From Paraspadella gotoi (taxonomy: Eukaryota; Animalia; Chaetognatha), in contig CM119264.1 of assembly GCA_051294375.1 (NCBI GenBank), positions 18,755,581-18,819,580 on the forward strand: a stretch of DNA of 64,000 bases, in the 5' to 3' direction. Made by a program: the position numbers and the translations under genes. How positions within the stretch are numbered: position 1 is the stretch's first letter; each line of letters starts with the position of its first letter. The notes beneath the pieces are model-generated. The model was not told the origin of the DNA. It saw nothing but the letters and a program-made list of their open reading frames with translations, and ran no database searches. Shown here piece by piece: positions 26,219 to 42,972 of this stretch.

Positions 26219-28394
26219 CTGCGGGGAGAGGGAGAGAAAGAGAGAGACAGAGAGAGAAGAGGAGAGAGAGAGAGAGGCTCGAGAACGAGATGAGAGAAGA
26301 CGAGATGGGATGAGATGAGAGAGAGGATGAGAGACGAGAGAGAGAGAGAGAGCGTGTATTACGATTAGACCACTAAATAGGAAGTCAAAAGTACAAATAG
26401 GAAGTCAAAAGTTTGTTTAGCCGTTTCAATTTCCTGAAAGGAACGACAACCGATATCGCCTTTCAGGTCTGATAGGTTTTTTTTTCCTTTGTGTTGTTTC
26501 AAAGTACAAATTCCTTCTACAGCATAAACTAAAATCTTGGTTGTCGCGCGCCGTGGTCGTCGTCGTCGTCGTCGTCGTCGTCATCCCTCGTCACCGCAGA
26601 TAACCCTGAGAGAATAAATCATTTCCGCTCCTCAATTAACGCGCTATTCGTCATTCCTCGAGTGAGGTCAATCTTCCCTGAGCGTCGATGACAAATCGTT
26701 TGTTGTCTTCAGATTCTTTTTTTTTTTTCGCTCCCTTCTTTATTTTCAGTCGGTCCGTCGGTACGACCAAATTTTTTTATTGTCGGTAAATCTCCTAAAG
26801 GATCTGAGAACATCGTTTGTCTGTCTGTCAATCCGTCTACCCTTAGTTTTAAATTGTATTTACAAAACAAAATGAAGCTTGAATCTTCAGCAACAAGAAA
26901 AAAAGGCAAAAACATAAACCTGAGTCGTCATCGTGCTTTGGTCAGGAAATGTTTATTGAATAATATTTCGTCTTATCGATGATGGATGATGAATGACGAT
27001 TTAATATCTCCGAAATCCGAGGATGAGCAAAAAAAAAAAAGGCAGAGAAAGAAAGAGGATTAAGATAAAGTGAGAAATGAAAAGAAAGAAATGGATTGTT
27101 CAAGATCGACCGCCTACTGCCCAGTCCATATTTTTCTAGCCTCTTTAGCGATAATGGGGTCGCCCATGTAGAGATTTCTGCATTTATCCACAAACCAGCT
27201 TGATCAGTGATCAACGATGACCTGCCATCTTGCTTCCACATTGGTTGTCCAAAATTAGAGTTCTGTTCCTCTGTCACTTCTCACGTCACCGCGGCGAACT
27301 CGACATCACGGCCGCACGACAGGACATCCCGGGAATCCGATCAAATTTTTTTTCGACGAAGATGAATTCGAAAACCAAAGTTGTTTGCGTGGATCTTCCT
27401 CGCTGGGGTGGGGGGGAGAGACCGGGGGATAGATCCGGGTAACAAGGCGGCTTGGCCCTGCCAAATCCTGCCATCTCGCATTCGTCCTTTTACTCCGCAT
27501 CACTTTTTCTCTATCCTCATTTTTCTCCCATTTCTTTTCCTTCTCTTTCTCCATATTTCGACTTCTCTCTCTTCTCCTTTCTAAATCTCTCTGTCTACTA
27601 TCTCCGTTTTCTTTCTCGTTTGTCTCCGAACATCTCTTCTCCCTTCATCCGCCTCTTTCTCTCGATCCCTTTCCGAATCGTTCCCCTCATCCATTACAAA
27701 AACATTTCTCTCTTCGATGATATTTTCAAAAAAAGATTTAGAGAAAAAAAACGTCATCGCAAATCGACGGGAAAAAGGGAACGAATTCGTTGGCTCGAGT
27801 CTCCCGAGCGCCATCCACTTTTCTTTGCCTTTTTGTCAAATAGGTTTTTTTTTCTTTTTTTTTTTTGCCACTAAAATTAACGATTTTTAGATTCTCTATC
27901 GCCCCCTTGATATTGCCATCTCATCGTTGTAATCTCCATTTAGTTCTTATCTTATTTTATTTTTAATTCATCTCTTTCAACTTAATTTATTCGTCGATGC
28001 CGTCTCATCATTTGCCATCGGATCCCCGGGACGAGGGCCGAGTTTTTTTCTTTCTTTTTTTGCCAAGAGAGACACAAAAAAAATTGTGAATGGAGCGAAG
28101 AAAAAGTCGTTATTCAGTCCAGCGCCGTACATTGACAACGACATTGAGAGAGCGAGTCTCTCGGACCAGAAAGTGTTTTATGAGAGCGCGCACTCTCTCT
28201 TCAACTTTCTCTCTCGGCCTTCCGAGTCGCTAGTTTGAGTCGAAGTTAAAACGACTTTTAAGGACCGAGAGATGAAAATAAAAAGTCCTTTAACTGTCGC
28301 AAAGTGTCTCTGCTGAGGGAGGGTAGAGTGAGAAAATAGAGAGAGAGGAGAGAGAAGAGAGAAAGAGAGAAGAGAGAAATATAGAAACTTAGAA

Positions 28395-28443
<49 letters not shown>

Positions 28444-29175
28444 GAGGGAAAGTAAGATAAAAGGACTCTAGGCTTTCAGGTCGAAGGGAAAAAGTGCGGT
28501 TATGAAAATAATAAAAGAAATCGAACCATGTATCGCAGCGATGACAGCACGCCCTGGCGAGGCAGACGTTGTGAGAAGGTGGGCTGGAATCTCAGTATTG
28601 ACTCAGCATACCTTTGTATGTCTGGTGCTGGTGCGTAAGTGAGCCAAAAACATTTTCACGATAACAGTGAATTTCTCAGCGAAAGGTAACCCTTCGATGA
28701 AAAGGCAGAGATAGCCGGTGCGCGGCGGAAAATAAAGTAAGGAGAGCGAGCGATGATCTTAGCATAAAAATGAGTGAAAGTTAATCTTGAAAAGGATTCG
28801 ACGTCAGGGTGTAATACATAAATGATGATCGTGAGAACGCTATTAAAAAGGGTCTGCTTAGGAGTGAGACGGGAAAGGGCGTGAATGTTCGGTGGTGTGA
28901 AACTCGGGAGACAACGCGATGAAAACAGCGACGCGCTGAACGAACGAATCGTTTGGTCATCTCTCAGTGAATCAGAACCGCGTGATTGTGTCACCCGATT
29001 TTGTGAGACTTCATCGATTCGTGACCTCCCCATCTCCGCGGGAATCCACTTCCGCGACGAACCGAGTCTTTTGACAAAAACACGAATAATTGAGACAATG
29101 AGTTAGAGGAGAAGCGACTTCTTCTAAGCCCCAGAATCGGGGTCTTGATCTCTTTCTCTCTCTCGCTCTCTCTCG

Positions 29176-29223
<48 letters not shown>

Positions 29224-30101
29224 TCTCCTCCTCTCGGTACAATTATCATGTTAAGCTAGTTGTTATGAAAGAGTATAAAAGTCTTTCCTAAAAAAATAAA
29301 AACTTGATTAGCTTTAAAATATTTCGTTCGGGTTTTAAAAATGTCAAAAACCTTCGGTTCGATCTTCGACGGAGCGAATTGAGAACAAATTGAAAAGACG
29401 AAGAAAAAAAAAGTGGAAGTGAATAGTTTCTCGCCGACCTCGCTACCCACGACTCTCCTTCTCTGTATACCCTCATCCGTCCTAGAGTTGCCGGTTGCTC
29501 TGCCGTCGACCGAGCCGGCACCTCCGACGCAGCCGACAGCCGCCGTAGCAGCCGCCGGGCCGCGCAATCTTTTTCAAGACCATTAACGTCGCTTTATCTT
29601 TCGGTTATCGGCCCTTCCTAGTTTTTTTCTCTTTCTTTCTCTCCCCGTTTTTTTTTTTTTTGTCAGGAACTTTCTTTTTTTTTTTTTTTTAAACATTTTT
29701 CCTGGCTTCTCTTTGCTTGTTTTATTTTTCTCTCTTCTTAATACGATTCTGCTTGAGACTTTTCCCAAGAATTTTTTTCTTTTCTTTTTTTTCCTCACCC
29801 TACGATTTTTTTGCGCCTTTCACCTAAAGTCGAAACCTTTCGTTCTTCTTTTTTTTCTTCGAAACCTTGTTGTTCTTATTCTTTCTTTCCTCCAAGTCTA
29901 ACTTTTTTTTTATGAATAAATTCGTTGTTGAGACAACGACAACTACGACTATCTGGACAATCAGTACAACAACGACCCTTGGGTCACATAGAACGCCAGA
30001 ACTCTTGCCTCACTTTCCCTTGGTCGCCGTAAACTCGACATAACACAATCACAGTTGGCCCGAGCTCACGCTCCCTATACTCTCCCCTCTTCCTTTTTTA
30101 G

Positions 30102-30221
30102 GATCTGGCCTCCGGGTTCTCCCCCTACGACCCAGCACCCCAGGAAAATACGTTTCCTGGTTGGATTCGGAAAAACAATCTTACCGATGGTCATCAGACA
30201 CGTGGATCCGGAGCGACGCCG
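30102..30221 (+). CDS. Inverted redundant copy of exon 3
   Basis: Reverse complement of 40334-40458 (ttttag|GATC...GACGCCG|gtgagt), with indels. Confidence 0.6.
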
Positions 30222-31119
30222 GTGAGTCGCTGAGAGGACGACGACCTAGTTTTTTTCTGTTCTGGATTTGGCATTATTCTAGAAAAAGATCATAATTATT
30301 TAAAAACAGTTAAACAATAATTTCCTTATTCTGAATTTAATTTTAATCTCCAATAACTATCCCTGACCACTAACTTAATCTTTAACTTTAAAAACATTGA
30401 CTAAATTTCTGATTTAACTGAATAAGGGCGCTTTATAATAAGTACTTTGAATCATTGTTCACCACAAAAAATATTTTAAAAGAAAAAAAAAAATATTCGG
30501 ATCAGAGGAAAAAGAAAATCAAACTTTTATCGGATTAAAAAAAAAAAAAGAACACATGTGGACTAACATCGAATTGACAGTTTTGAACCAAAATAATAAA
30601 AGAATAATTTGGGCGGGGAGAAACCTTCGCCTGGGGTAAAGGAGGGGTGCTTAAAGATTGAAAAATCAAATTAAAGCCCCACTTGTAAAAAAAAAAAAAA
30701 GTCGTCTCAACTAAAAAAAAAAAAAAAAAAAAAAAAAAATGAGGAGGTGAAGTTTTTCACTTTTAAATCGTAATCCCCGGAGGCTCCCTTTATCCCCTTT
30801 ACAGTTTTTCTCGCTGCTGTTCTGCATAAACCTCGCTCCAAACCTTTCCAGTTTCTCAACTTCGGCCCCCTGAGAGAGAAGAAGAGAGAGAGAGAGAGAT
30901 GAGAGAGAGAAGAGAGAAGAGAGAGCAGGAGAGAGAGAGAGGCGCGCTAAAGACAGAGGACATATTTCTTTTTTTTTAACTTTTTCGCTTTCCTCTAAAG
31001 TGGGGGTTACAGGGGGGAAAAAACTTTTACGCGGACTTTCTAAACGCTTTTCATTACTTAATTCCTCTCTCTCTCTTTCCTCTTTCCTCCCCCTCTTCTT
31101 TCTCTCTCTCTCTCTCTTC

Positions 31120-31169
<50 letters not shown>

Positions 31170-31238
31170 CTCTCTCTTCTCTCTCTCTTCTCTTTCCTCT
31201 CCTCTCCCGCCCTTTTTTTCCGCCTGTCCGCCCACCAG

Positions 31239-31356
31239 GGTCTACATGTGCGGCAACATTCAATTATTGACATTTATTCATCACGACCAGTCCCATCTGA
31301 GTCCACCAATCTCGACCTTTACGAGGGGCTGCCTGCCGTCCGTTCGTACCTGCAAG
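31239..31356 (+). CDS. Inverted redundant copy of exon 4
   Basis: ccaccag|GGTCTACATGTGC...TGCAAG|gtaagt. Confidence 0.6.
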
Positions 31357-31687
31357 GTAAGTTCCGCTGGAGTTCGGCGATCGACGGGAGGGTTTGGGTG
31401 GGAGTTAAGGGGTGAGGAATCCCAGCCTGGAGGAATTGTGAAAGGGAATTTCGAATTGGATTCGTCGAAATGTAACGTATAGGACAAAAAGATCATGTAC
31501 ATAGTAATATTTTATTATGCAGTTTTCTTTCTATGATTATGTTAATGTTATTATTTATCTTATGTGAATATTTGTAGAGGAAAATGGCGAAGTGGAATGG
31601 CGAATCGGGCAGAGAGTGTCTCAGTGGGTGAGATGGCAGAGGAGCGTTGAAGCGAAAAGTTAACGGTTTATGGACGACATCGTGGCT

Positions 31688-31729
<42 letters not shown>

Positions 31730-31734
31730 GAGAG

Positions 31735-31769
<35 letters not shown>

Positions 31770-32479
31770 AGAGAGAGATGAAGAAGAATTGAACATTTAT
31801 TGGAAGGAGATAAGTGAAGAGCACTTAAGTCAAACGAACAGGGTTTAATTGATTTAAACGATAATCTTTTATTTATTAATGTTTTCGTCATTCGGCACCT
31901 GTTCCCTTGTTTAAAAAACTTTTTTTGAGAATTGATTTTTTCTGTCGGCTTCAATTAAGTCACTTTTTGAAATGAGCGATTGATGAATATTTATTAGCAT
32001 GGTCATGACCCATTGGTCAGACTTAGCTCTCCCAATAGCTTGGAAAACAACAACGTGGTTCTGACGTGAGTTGTGACTGAAAATACTGTTACGCATGTTT
32101 CTCTTCTCTCTGACGAGGCAATTTATAAAAAGCTTCCTCCAATCAGAACCTCCTTGCAAATAGATCCAGCGAAAGTCTTTCCAGTTAGCTTTCCTCGGAG
32201 ATGACAGTCGTAATATCGGCGAATGATGGTCGAGGAGCAATTGGATGCGGGAACAGAATCTGTTTTTCGATTAATCACATTTAAGATGTCGCGCGGTCCG
32301 CGGTAGAGGCTTGGATGTTCGCGAAAGGTTAGCCGGTGAAGAGGTGGGTTTTTTTTTAGTTATATTTTGGACAAAGGAAACAAACATAATACTCAACTCT
32401 TATCATTTATCTCACTTTACCACTATACTCAAAAATTCTGTCACATTCATCCCAACCGCTTTTACCACTCCCTCTCTCA

Positions 32480-32710
32480 TCAACCACCTTCGGCGGACTG
32501 CGACAGAATTGAGTTGGGCCTCGGGCAAGCGAAACCGCCTGGGGAAATCCGTTGCGGCGGGACCGAATGACGCGGGGCCACCGACGGCGTCGGAAGGCGG
32601 CGCCGATGACGAGGACGGGCGCGACATTACGTGGGCGAGGGAATGAGAGGAGGGGCGAGAGAGGAAAGAGGAAGGAGGACGGTGGCCACCATCAAATTCA
32701 CGCCCAACAG
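32480..32710 (+). CDS. Inverted redundant copy of exon 5
   Basis: Reverse complement of 37864-38093 with indels. Donor AACAG|gtaaaa at 32710. Confidence 0.6.
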
Positions 32711-33363
32711 GTAAAAAGAGAAAAAGAAAATGAAATGTGATTATTATCTATGATTTAATTAAATTTCAAAATGGACTGACATAAGGCCTGTTGATAAGAG
32801 AACGAAAAATGGACACAATAACCCATGACATTTAAATTCACCTGCGGAAATGGTGAATAATCCTATAATGAGATGGCGTTCGAAACCGAAAAAGTAACCT
32901 TACTAACTGAGGCAAGGGAAGGCTACAATCAGGCGACAAGAGAGATGGACACATGGACGACAGACTGGACAGACGATCGGACTCAGAGATCGGACACAGA
33001 TCATTTAATCATACCAACAAAAGACAGAGGACAAAAGCCAATGGACAGATGAACAGAGGTGCAGACAGCAAACCGATAAGAGATATCGGATATATAGAAT
33101 TAAAGATAAACGGGGGACATACGGAAAAAAGAGATAGACAGGAGAGGAGACGAAGAGACAGAGCGGCCAGAGGGTCTCGGAGAGAGGGCGTTCAACCGAC
33201 GGGCACGAGCTTCAAACGGTGCGTGGGAGGACCTGAGTGGGAATTTTAATGGAGCGATTGAAGCCGGATTAATTGTTTAGAGGGGACAGGAAGGTTGGCT
33301 TTTGCGGTTTAGGCGCTCATAAACGTTGAATTAACGGCGCAGTGGCCGGTGGTGGAGAGAGGA

Positions 33364-33426
<63 letters not shown>

Positions 33427-34028
33427 TGGCGTGATGACACTCGTTCACTCACGACTGTTCGCAATGACCACTCGAGGTATTCCTGACGAGGCGCGCCGCC
33501 CAGGTGCAGTGCAGGTTTCATTGAAGACCTGGTTTGATATAAGCGAAGAGAAAGGTTTCGTTGCATCGAAGTTTAGACATACGTAGTAGTGAGAGAGAGT
33601 AAGCAGTTTTTCGGAATGCGGATCATAATTAAATTTCAACATGTATTTACAATTTTTATAGTTATTGTTTTGCAGTTGAAACTAACCAATCTATTCACTA
33701 TCGGAGATATGGAGATATCACAAAATGACTTTTTTTTATTACAAGTAACATTTAAAATATTCTTTTTCTGGTATTTGAAGAGAATCGTATTGTGATAAAG
33801 CGAAGAATTTGATTAACGGAGTCTGAAACGACTATGAGGACGACCGTACTGCACGACAGACAACAGCACAACAACGATAGAGGCGGCTTTCTTGGATAAC
33901 GACTCTCACTCGACGATTTCCCTCGCTCCTCGTTTCTCACCAGTTTCGATGTTATCACAAGCATCTGCCTTTGTGATGATAACACCGCCGAGAATTCCGT
34001 GCATCACATAATCTTGTGACATATTCAC

Positions 34029-36558
<2,530 letters not shown>

Positions 36559-37213
36559 TCGTGAATATCGTCACAAGATTATTGTGATCACGGAATTCTC
36601 GGCGGTGTTATCATCACAAAGGCAGATGTTGTGATAAATCGGAACTGGTGAGAAACGAGGAGCGAGGGAATCGTCGAGTGAGAGTCGTTATTCCAAGAAA
36701 GCCGCCTCGTAGTCGTTGTTGTTGCTGTTGTTGTCGTGGAGACGGTCGTCCTCATAGTCGTTTCAGACTCGTTAATCAAATTCTTCGCTTATCACAATAC
36801 GATTCTCCTTCAAAACCCAGAAAAATAATATTTTAATGTTTACTTGTAATAAAAAAATCATTTTGTGATATCTCCCATATCTCCGATAGTGAATAGATTG
36901 GTTAGTTTTCACTGCAAAAACAATAACTATAAAAATGGTAAATATATGTTGAAATTTAATTATGATCCGTTCCGAAAAACTGCTTACTCTCCTACTACTT
37001 CGTATGTCTTATCTTCGATGCAACGAAACCTTTTCTCTTCGCTTATCTCAACCAGGTCTTCAATGAAACCTGCACTCACCTGGGCGGCGCGCCTCGTCGA
37101 GGAATACCTCGAGTGGTCATTGCGAACAGTCGGTGAGTGAACGAGGTGCATCAACGCCAGACTCTCTCTCTCTCTCTCCGCTCTCTCTCTCTCCTCTCCT
37201 CTACTCCTGCGAC

Positions 37214-37244
<31 letters not shown>

Positions 37245-37863
37245 CCACCGCCCTGCGCCGTTAATTCAACGTTTATGAGCGCCATAAAGCCGCAAAAGCC
37301 ACCTTCTGTCCCTCGTAAACAATTAATCCGGCTTCAATCGCTCCCATTAAAATTCCCACTCAGGTCCTCCGCCCGTTTGAAGCTCGTTGCCCGTCGGTTG
37401 ACGCCCCTCGCTCCGAGCCTCTGGCGCTCTGTCTCTTCGTCTCTCTGTCCCTCGGTTCTACTCTTTTTTCGTGTGTCCCTCTGTTTATCTTTAATTCTTT
37501 ATATCCGTATATCTCTTTATCGGTTCCTGTCTGACCTCTGTTCATCTGTCCATTGCTTTTGTCTCTGTCTTTTGTTGTATCATAAATTATCTGTGTCCGA
37601 TCTCTGTGTCCGATCTCTGTCCATCTGTCTCCATGTGTCCATCTCTCTGTGTCCCTGATTGTCCTTCCCTTCCTCATTAGTAGTACTTTTCGTTTCGACG
37701 CATCTCATTATAGGATTATTCAGCATTTCCCAGGTGAATTTAAATGTCATGGTTAATTGTGTCATTTTTCGTTCTCTTCTCAACAGGCCCTTATGTCAGT
37801 CCATTTTGAAATTTAATTTAATCATAGATAATATCACATTTCATTTTCTTTTTCTCTTTTTAC

Positions 37864-38093
37864 CTGTTGGGCGTGAATTTGATGGTGGCCACCGTCCTTC
37901 CTTCCTCTTCTCCCTCTCGCCCCTCCTCCTCATCCTCGCCACGAATGTCGGCGCCGTCCTCGTCATCGGCGCCGCCTTCCGACGCCGTCGTGGCCCCGGC
38001 GTCATTCGGTCCCGCCGCAACGGATTTCCCCAGGCCGGTCGCGTTGCCGAGGCTCCAACTCAATTCTGGGCGCAGTCCGCCGAAGGTGGTTGA
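37864..38093 (-). CDS. IgSF gene exon 5 (Ig2 C-E strands with acidic insert)
   Basis: cccctctctcag| acceptor and AG|gtaaaa donor. 230 nt, phase 0 to 2. Encodes STTFGGLRPELSW...ADDEDGADIRGEDEEEGREGEEEGRTVATIKFTPN, within ORF 37860..38351. Confidence 0.88.
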
Positions 38094-38774
38094 CTGAGAG
38101 AGGGGAGTGGGTGAGAAGCGGGTTGGGATGAATGTGACATGAATTTTGAGTATAGTGGTAAAGGGAAGATAAATGAGTAAGAATTGAGTATGTATGTTGT
38201 CCTTTGACCAAAATATAACTAAAAAAAACCCCACCTCTTCACCGGCTACACCTTTCGCAACATCCAAGCCTCGACCGCGACCGGCGCGACCTCTTAATGT
38301 GATTAATCGAAAACAGATTCTGTTCCCCGCATCCAATTCGCCCTCGACCATCCTTCGATCCGATATACGACTTCATCTCCCGAGGGAAGCTACTGGAAAG
38401 ACTTTCGCGGGATCATGCAAGAGTTTCGATTGGAGGAAGCTTTTATAAAATGCTCGTCAGAGAGAAGAGAAACATGGCGTAACAGATTTTCAGTCACAAC
38501 TCACGGTCAGAACTCACGGTTGTTGTTTTCCAAGCTATTGGGGAGAGCTAAGTCTGACCAATGGTCAGTGACCATGTTATAATAATATTCATCAATCTGC
38601 TCATTTCAAAATACTGTAAGTTTTGAGCGACATGGAAAGAAATAAATTCTCAAAAAAGTTTTTACAAGGGAACAGGTCCAATTATGACGAAAAACAATTA
38701 ATAAATAAAGAGATTATCTTAAGTGCTCTTCAACTTCTCTCCCTTTCCAATGAAATGTTTCAATTCTTCTTCAT

Positions 38775-38860
<86 letters not shown>

Positions 38861-39197
38861 GAGCACGATCGCGTCGTCGATAAACCGTTAAGCTTGTTCG
38901 CTTCACGCTCCCTGCCATCTCACCCACTGAGTACCACCTCTGCGATTCGCCATTCCACTTTCGGCCATTTTCCTCTAAAATATTCACATAAGATAAATAA
39001 TAACACTTATTACATAATCATAGAAAGAAAACTGCATAATTAAAATATTTACTATGTACATGCTTTTTTGTCCTATACGTTATCATTTCGACGAATCCAA
39101 TTCGAAATTCCCTTTCACAATTCTCAGGCTGGGATTCCTCACCCCTTAACTCACCCAAACCCTCCCCGTCGATCGCCGAGACTCCAGCGGAACTTAC

Positions 39198-39307
39198 CTT
39201 GCAGGTAGCGACGCAGGCAGCCCCTCGTAAAAGGTCGAGATTGGTGGACTGCAGATGGGGACTGTCGTGATGAAAATGTAAGTTTGATGTTGCCGCACAT
39301 GTAGACC
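39198..39307 (-). CDS. Redundant copy B of exon 4
   Basis: Near-identical to 46299-46414 but 6 nt shorter (indels). Contiguous with exon 5 at 37864-38093. Confidence 0.72.
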
Positions 39308-39374
39308 CTGGTGGGCGGACAGGCGGAAAAAAGGGCGGGGAGAGGAAAGAGAGAGAGAGAGAGAGGAGAGAGAA

Positions 39375-39430
<56 letters not shown>

Positions 39431-39621
39431 CGAGAGAAGGAGAAAGAGAGGAGAGGAGAGAGAGAGAGGAGGGGGAGGAAAAGAGAGAAAGAGAGAGAGA
39501 GGAATTTAAGTAATGAAAAGCGGTTTGAAAGTGCCCGTAAAAGTTTTTCCCCCTGTAACCCCCACTGTTAGAGGAAAGCGAAAAAGTTAAAAAAAAGAAA
39601 ATGTCTCTCGTCTTTAGCGCG

Positions 39622-39687
<66 letters not shown>

Positions 39688-39814
39688 AGGTGGCCGAAGT
39701 TGAAAACTGGAAAGGTTGGCAGCGAGGTTTATGCAGAACAGCAGCGAGAAAACTGTAAAGGGGATAAAGGGAGCCTCCGGGGATTATCGATTTAAAGTGA
39801 AAAACTTCACCTCC

Positions 39815-39845
<31 letters not shown>

Positions 39846-40333
39846 CGTTGAGACGACTTTTTTTAAAGTGGGGCTTTAATTTGATTTTCAATCTTTAAGC
39901 ACCCCTCCTTTACCCCAGGCGAAGGTTTCTCCCCGCCCAAATTATTCTTTTATTATTTTTGGTTCCAAAACTGTAATTCGATGTTAGTCCACATGTGTTC
40001 TTTTTTTTTTAATCCGATAAAAAGTTTGATTTCTTTTTTCCTTAACTGGAATCCAATATTTTTTTTTCTTTTAAAATATTTTTTGTGGTGAACAATGATT
40101 CAAAGTACTTTCATTATAAAGCGCCCTATTTCAGTTAAAATTCAGAATTTTAGTATGTTTTTAAGTTTAAAGATTAAAGTTAGTGGTCAGGGATAGATAT
40201 TGAGATTAAAATTAAATTCAAGGATAAGGAAATTGATTGTTAATGTTTTATAAATAATTATGATCTTTTTTCTAGAATAATGCCAAATCCAGAACAGAAA
40301 TAAAACTAGGTCGTCGTCCTCTCAGCGACTCAC

Positions 40334-40458
40334 CGGCGTCGCTCCGGATCCACGTGTCCTGATGACCATCGTGTAGAGATTGTTTTTCCGATCCAACCAG
40401 GAAACCGTATTTTTCCTGGTGGTGCTGGGGTCGTAGGGGGAAACCGGAGGCCAGGATC
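40334..40458 (-). CDS. Redundant copy B of exon 3
   Basis: Near-identical to 47436-47560, with the same splice sites. Confidence 0.72.
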
Positions 40459-41304
40459 CTAAAAAGAGGAGAGGGGAGAGTATAGGACGTGGAGCTCGGG
40501 CCAACTGGATTTGTTATGTCGAGTTTACGGCGACCAAGGGAAAGTGAGGCAAGAGTTCTGCGCTTCTATGTGACCCAAGGGGTCGTTGTTGTACTGATTG
40601 CTCCTAGATAGTCGTAGTTGTCGTTGCTCAACAACGAATTTATTCATAAAAAAAAAGGTTAGACTTGGAGAAAGAAAGAAATAAGAACAACTAAGGTTTC
40701 GAGAAAAGAAGAACGAAAGGTTTCGACTTTAGGTGAAAGGCGCAAAAAAATCTAGGGTGAGGAAAAAGAAAAGAAAAATTTCTTGGAAAGTCTCAGCAGA
40801 ATCGTATTAAGAAAGAGAGAAAAGAAAGGTACAAAGCAAAGAGAAGCCAGGAAAATGTTTAAAAAATAAAAAAAAGGAAAGTTCCTGACAAAAAAAAAAA
40901 AACGGGGGAGAAGAAAGAGAAAAAAACTAGGAAGGGCCCGATAAGAAGAAGCGACGTTATGGTCTTGAAAAAGATTGCGCGGCGGCTGCTACGGCGGCTG
41001 TCGGCTGCGTCGGAGGGTGCCGGCTACGTCGACGGCAGCACCGGCAACTCTAGACGGATGAGGGTATAAGAGAAGGAGAGTCGTGGGTAGCGAGGTCGGC
41101 GAGAAAACTGATTCACTTCACTTTTTTTTTCTTCGTCTTTCAATTTGTTCTCAATTCGCTCCGGTCGAAGATCGAACCGAAGGTTTTGACATTTTTAAAC
41201 CCGAACGAAATATTTAAAGCTAATTCAAGTTTTTATTTTTTTAGGAAAGACTTTTATAACTCTTTCATAACAACTTAGCTTAACATGATAATGTTACGAG
41301 AGAG

Positions 41305-41361
<57 letters not shown>

Positions 41362-42088
41362 CGAGAAGAGCGAGAGAGAGAGAGATCAAGACCCGCGGAT
41401 TCTGGAGGCTTAGAAGGTCGCCTTCTCTCTCACTCCATTTGTCTCAATTATTCGTGTTTTTGTCAAAAGACTCGGTTTCGTCGCGAAGTGGATTCCCGCG
41501 GAGATGGGGTTCACGATCGATGAAGTCTCACAAAATCGGTGACAAATCACGCGGTCTGATTTCACTGAGGAGATGACCAACGATTCGTTTCGTTCAGCGC
41601 GTCGCTGTTTCATCGCGTTGTCTTCCGAGTTTCACACCACCGAACATCACGCCCTTTCCCGTCTCACTCCTAAGGCAGACCTTTTTAATAGCGTTCTCAC
41701 CGGTCATCATTATGTATTACACCCTGACGCTCGAATCCTTTCAAGATTAACTTTCACTCATTTTTATGCTAAAGATCATCGCTCGCTCTCTCTTACTTTA
41801 TTTCCGCCGCGCAGCCGCTATCTCTGCCTTTTCATCGAAGGCGTTACCTTCGCTGAGAAATTCACTGTTATCGTGAAAATTGTTTTTGCCAGCTTACGCA
41901 CCAGGCACCAGACATACAAGGTATGCTGAGTCAATACTGAGATTCCAGCCCACCTCTCACAACGTCTGCCTCGCCAGGGCGTGCTGTCATCGCCTGCGAT
42001 ACTGGTTCGATTTCTTTTATTATTTATTAACCGCACTTTTTCCCCTTCGACCTGAAAGCCTAGAGTTCCTTTTATCTTATTCTCTCTC

Positions 42089-42138
<50 letters not shown>

Positions 42139-42723
42139 TCTATATTCTATATTCTCTCTTCATCTCTTTCCTCTTTTCTCTCCTTTCTCTCTATATCTCA
42201 CTCGCAGCGAAGAATTTTCTCAGGTGTTGTTGTTCAGAATCAACTCGTTAGCTCACTTTTACTTCCCCATCTATTTTAACTTTCTCTACTTTTTTACTTA
42301 CCATCCTTTTGCTCTCTCAACTCCTTTTCAACTAAATTCTAAAGTTCTACTCAATTTCGCGTCTTTCCCCATTTCTCTCTACTGCGCAAGGGGATTTACA
42401 TTGTACGATGTTTTACATCATTTCATTGACATCCTTTATTCACCTTCTTATTCCTATTTTTCTATTTTCTTTAACTCAACGTCACCCTGCATTTTGAACT
42501 CCATCCGTTCTACTCTTTACTCTCAGCTCCACCGTCCTTTCCCTCCCTCTCCACTTTGGCACGATCCTTGCCGAGATGATTATGATCGCTAATTGTTTCG
42601 GACGCTTTTTTCTTATTAAACGCACTTTTCTTACAAGAGACAATCAGCAGGCAGCTTCCGCGCGTCGCACTGCTTTTTTCGCGCCGTCTTTTGATATATA
42701 TATATTTTTTTTGTAATTCAGAC

Positions 42724-42803
42724 CTGTCGTAAGACGGCGTTGTCTTCAGCTTGATCCAAATGGCGGGATTGTCTGATATGCAGGAGAAGTGAACGCTTAG
42801 CCC
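42724..42803 (-). CDS. Redundant copy B of exon 2
   Basis: Near-identical to 49832-49910 with small indels. Confidence 0.7.
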
Positions 42804-42972
42804 TTACGGAGAAAAAAAAAGGAGGAGAAAGGAGAACTCTTCTAAGAATAATGGTACAAAGATATTTAAAATACTCATTTCAATTACTCAAAATTCCATA
42901 ATAAACCATTTATCAAAAGAGAAAATAAGGCTATCCCACAAATTGACATCGTTTCCATTCGCCTCCACTGAC

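Noticed and set aside
37056-37132. Antisense (plus-strand) exon-like segment ttctcttcgcttatctcaaccag|...|gtgagt
   Set aside because: Splice-like ends are good, but there are no partner exons or recognisable peptide, so it cannot be supported without RNA data.
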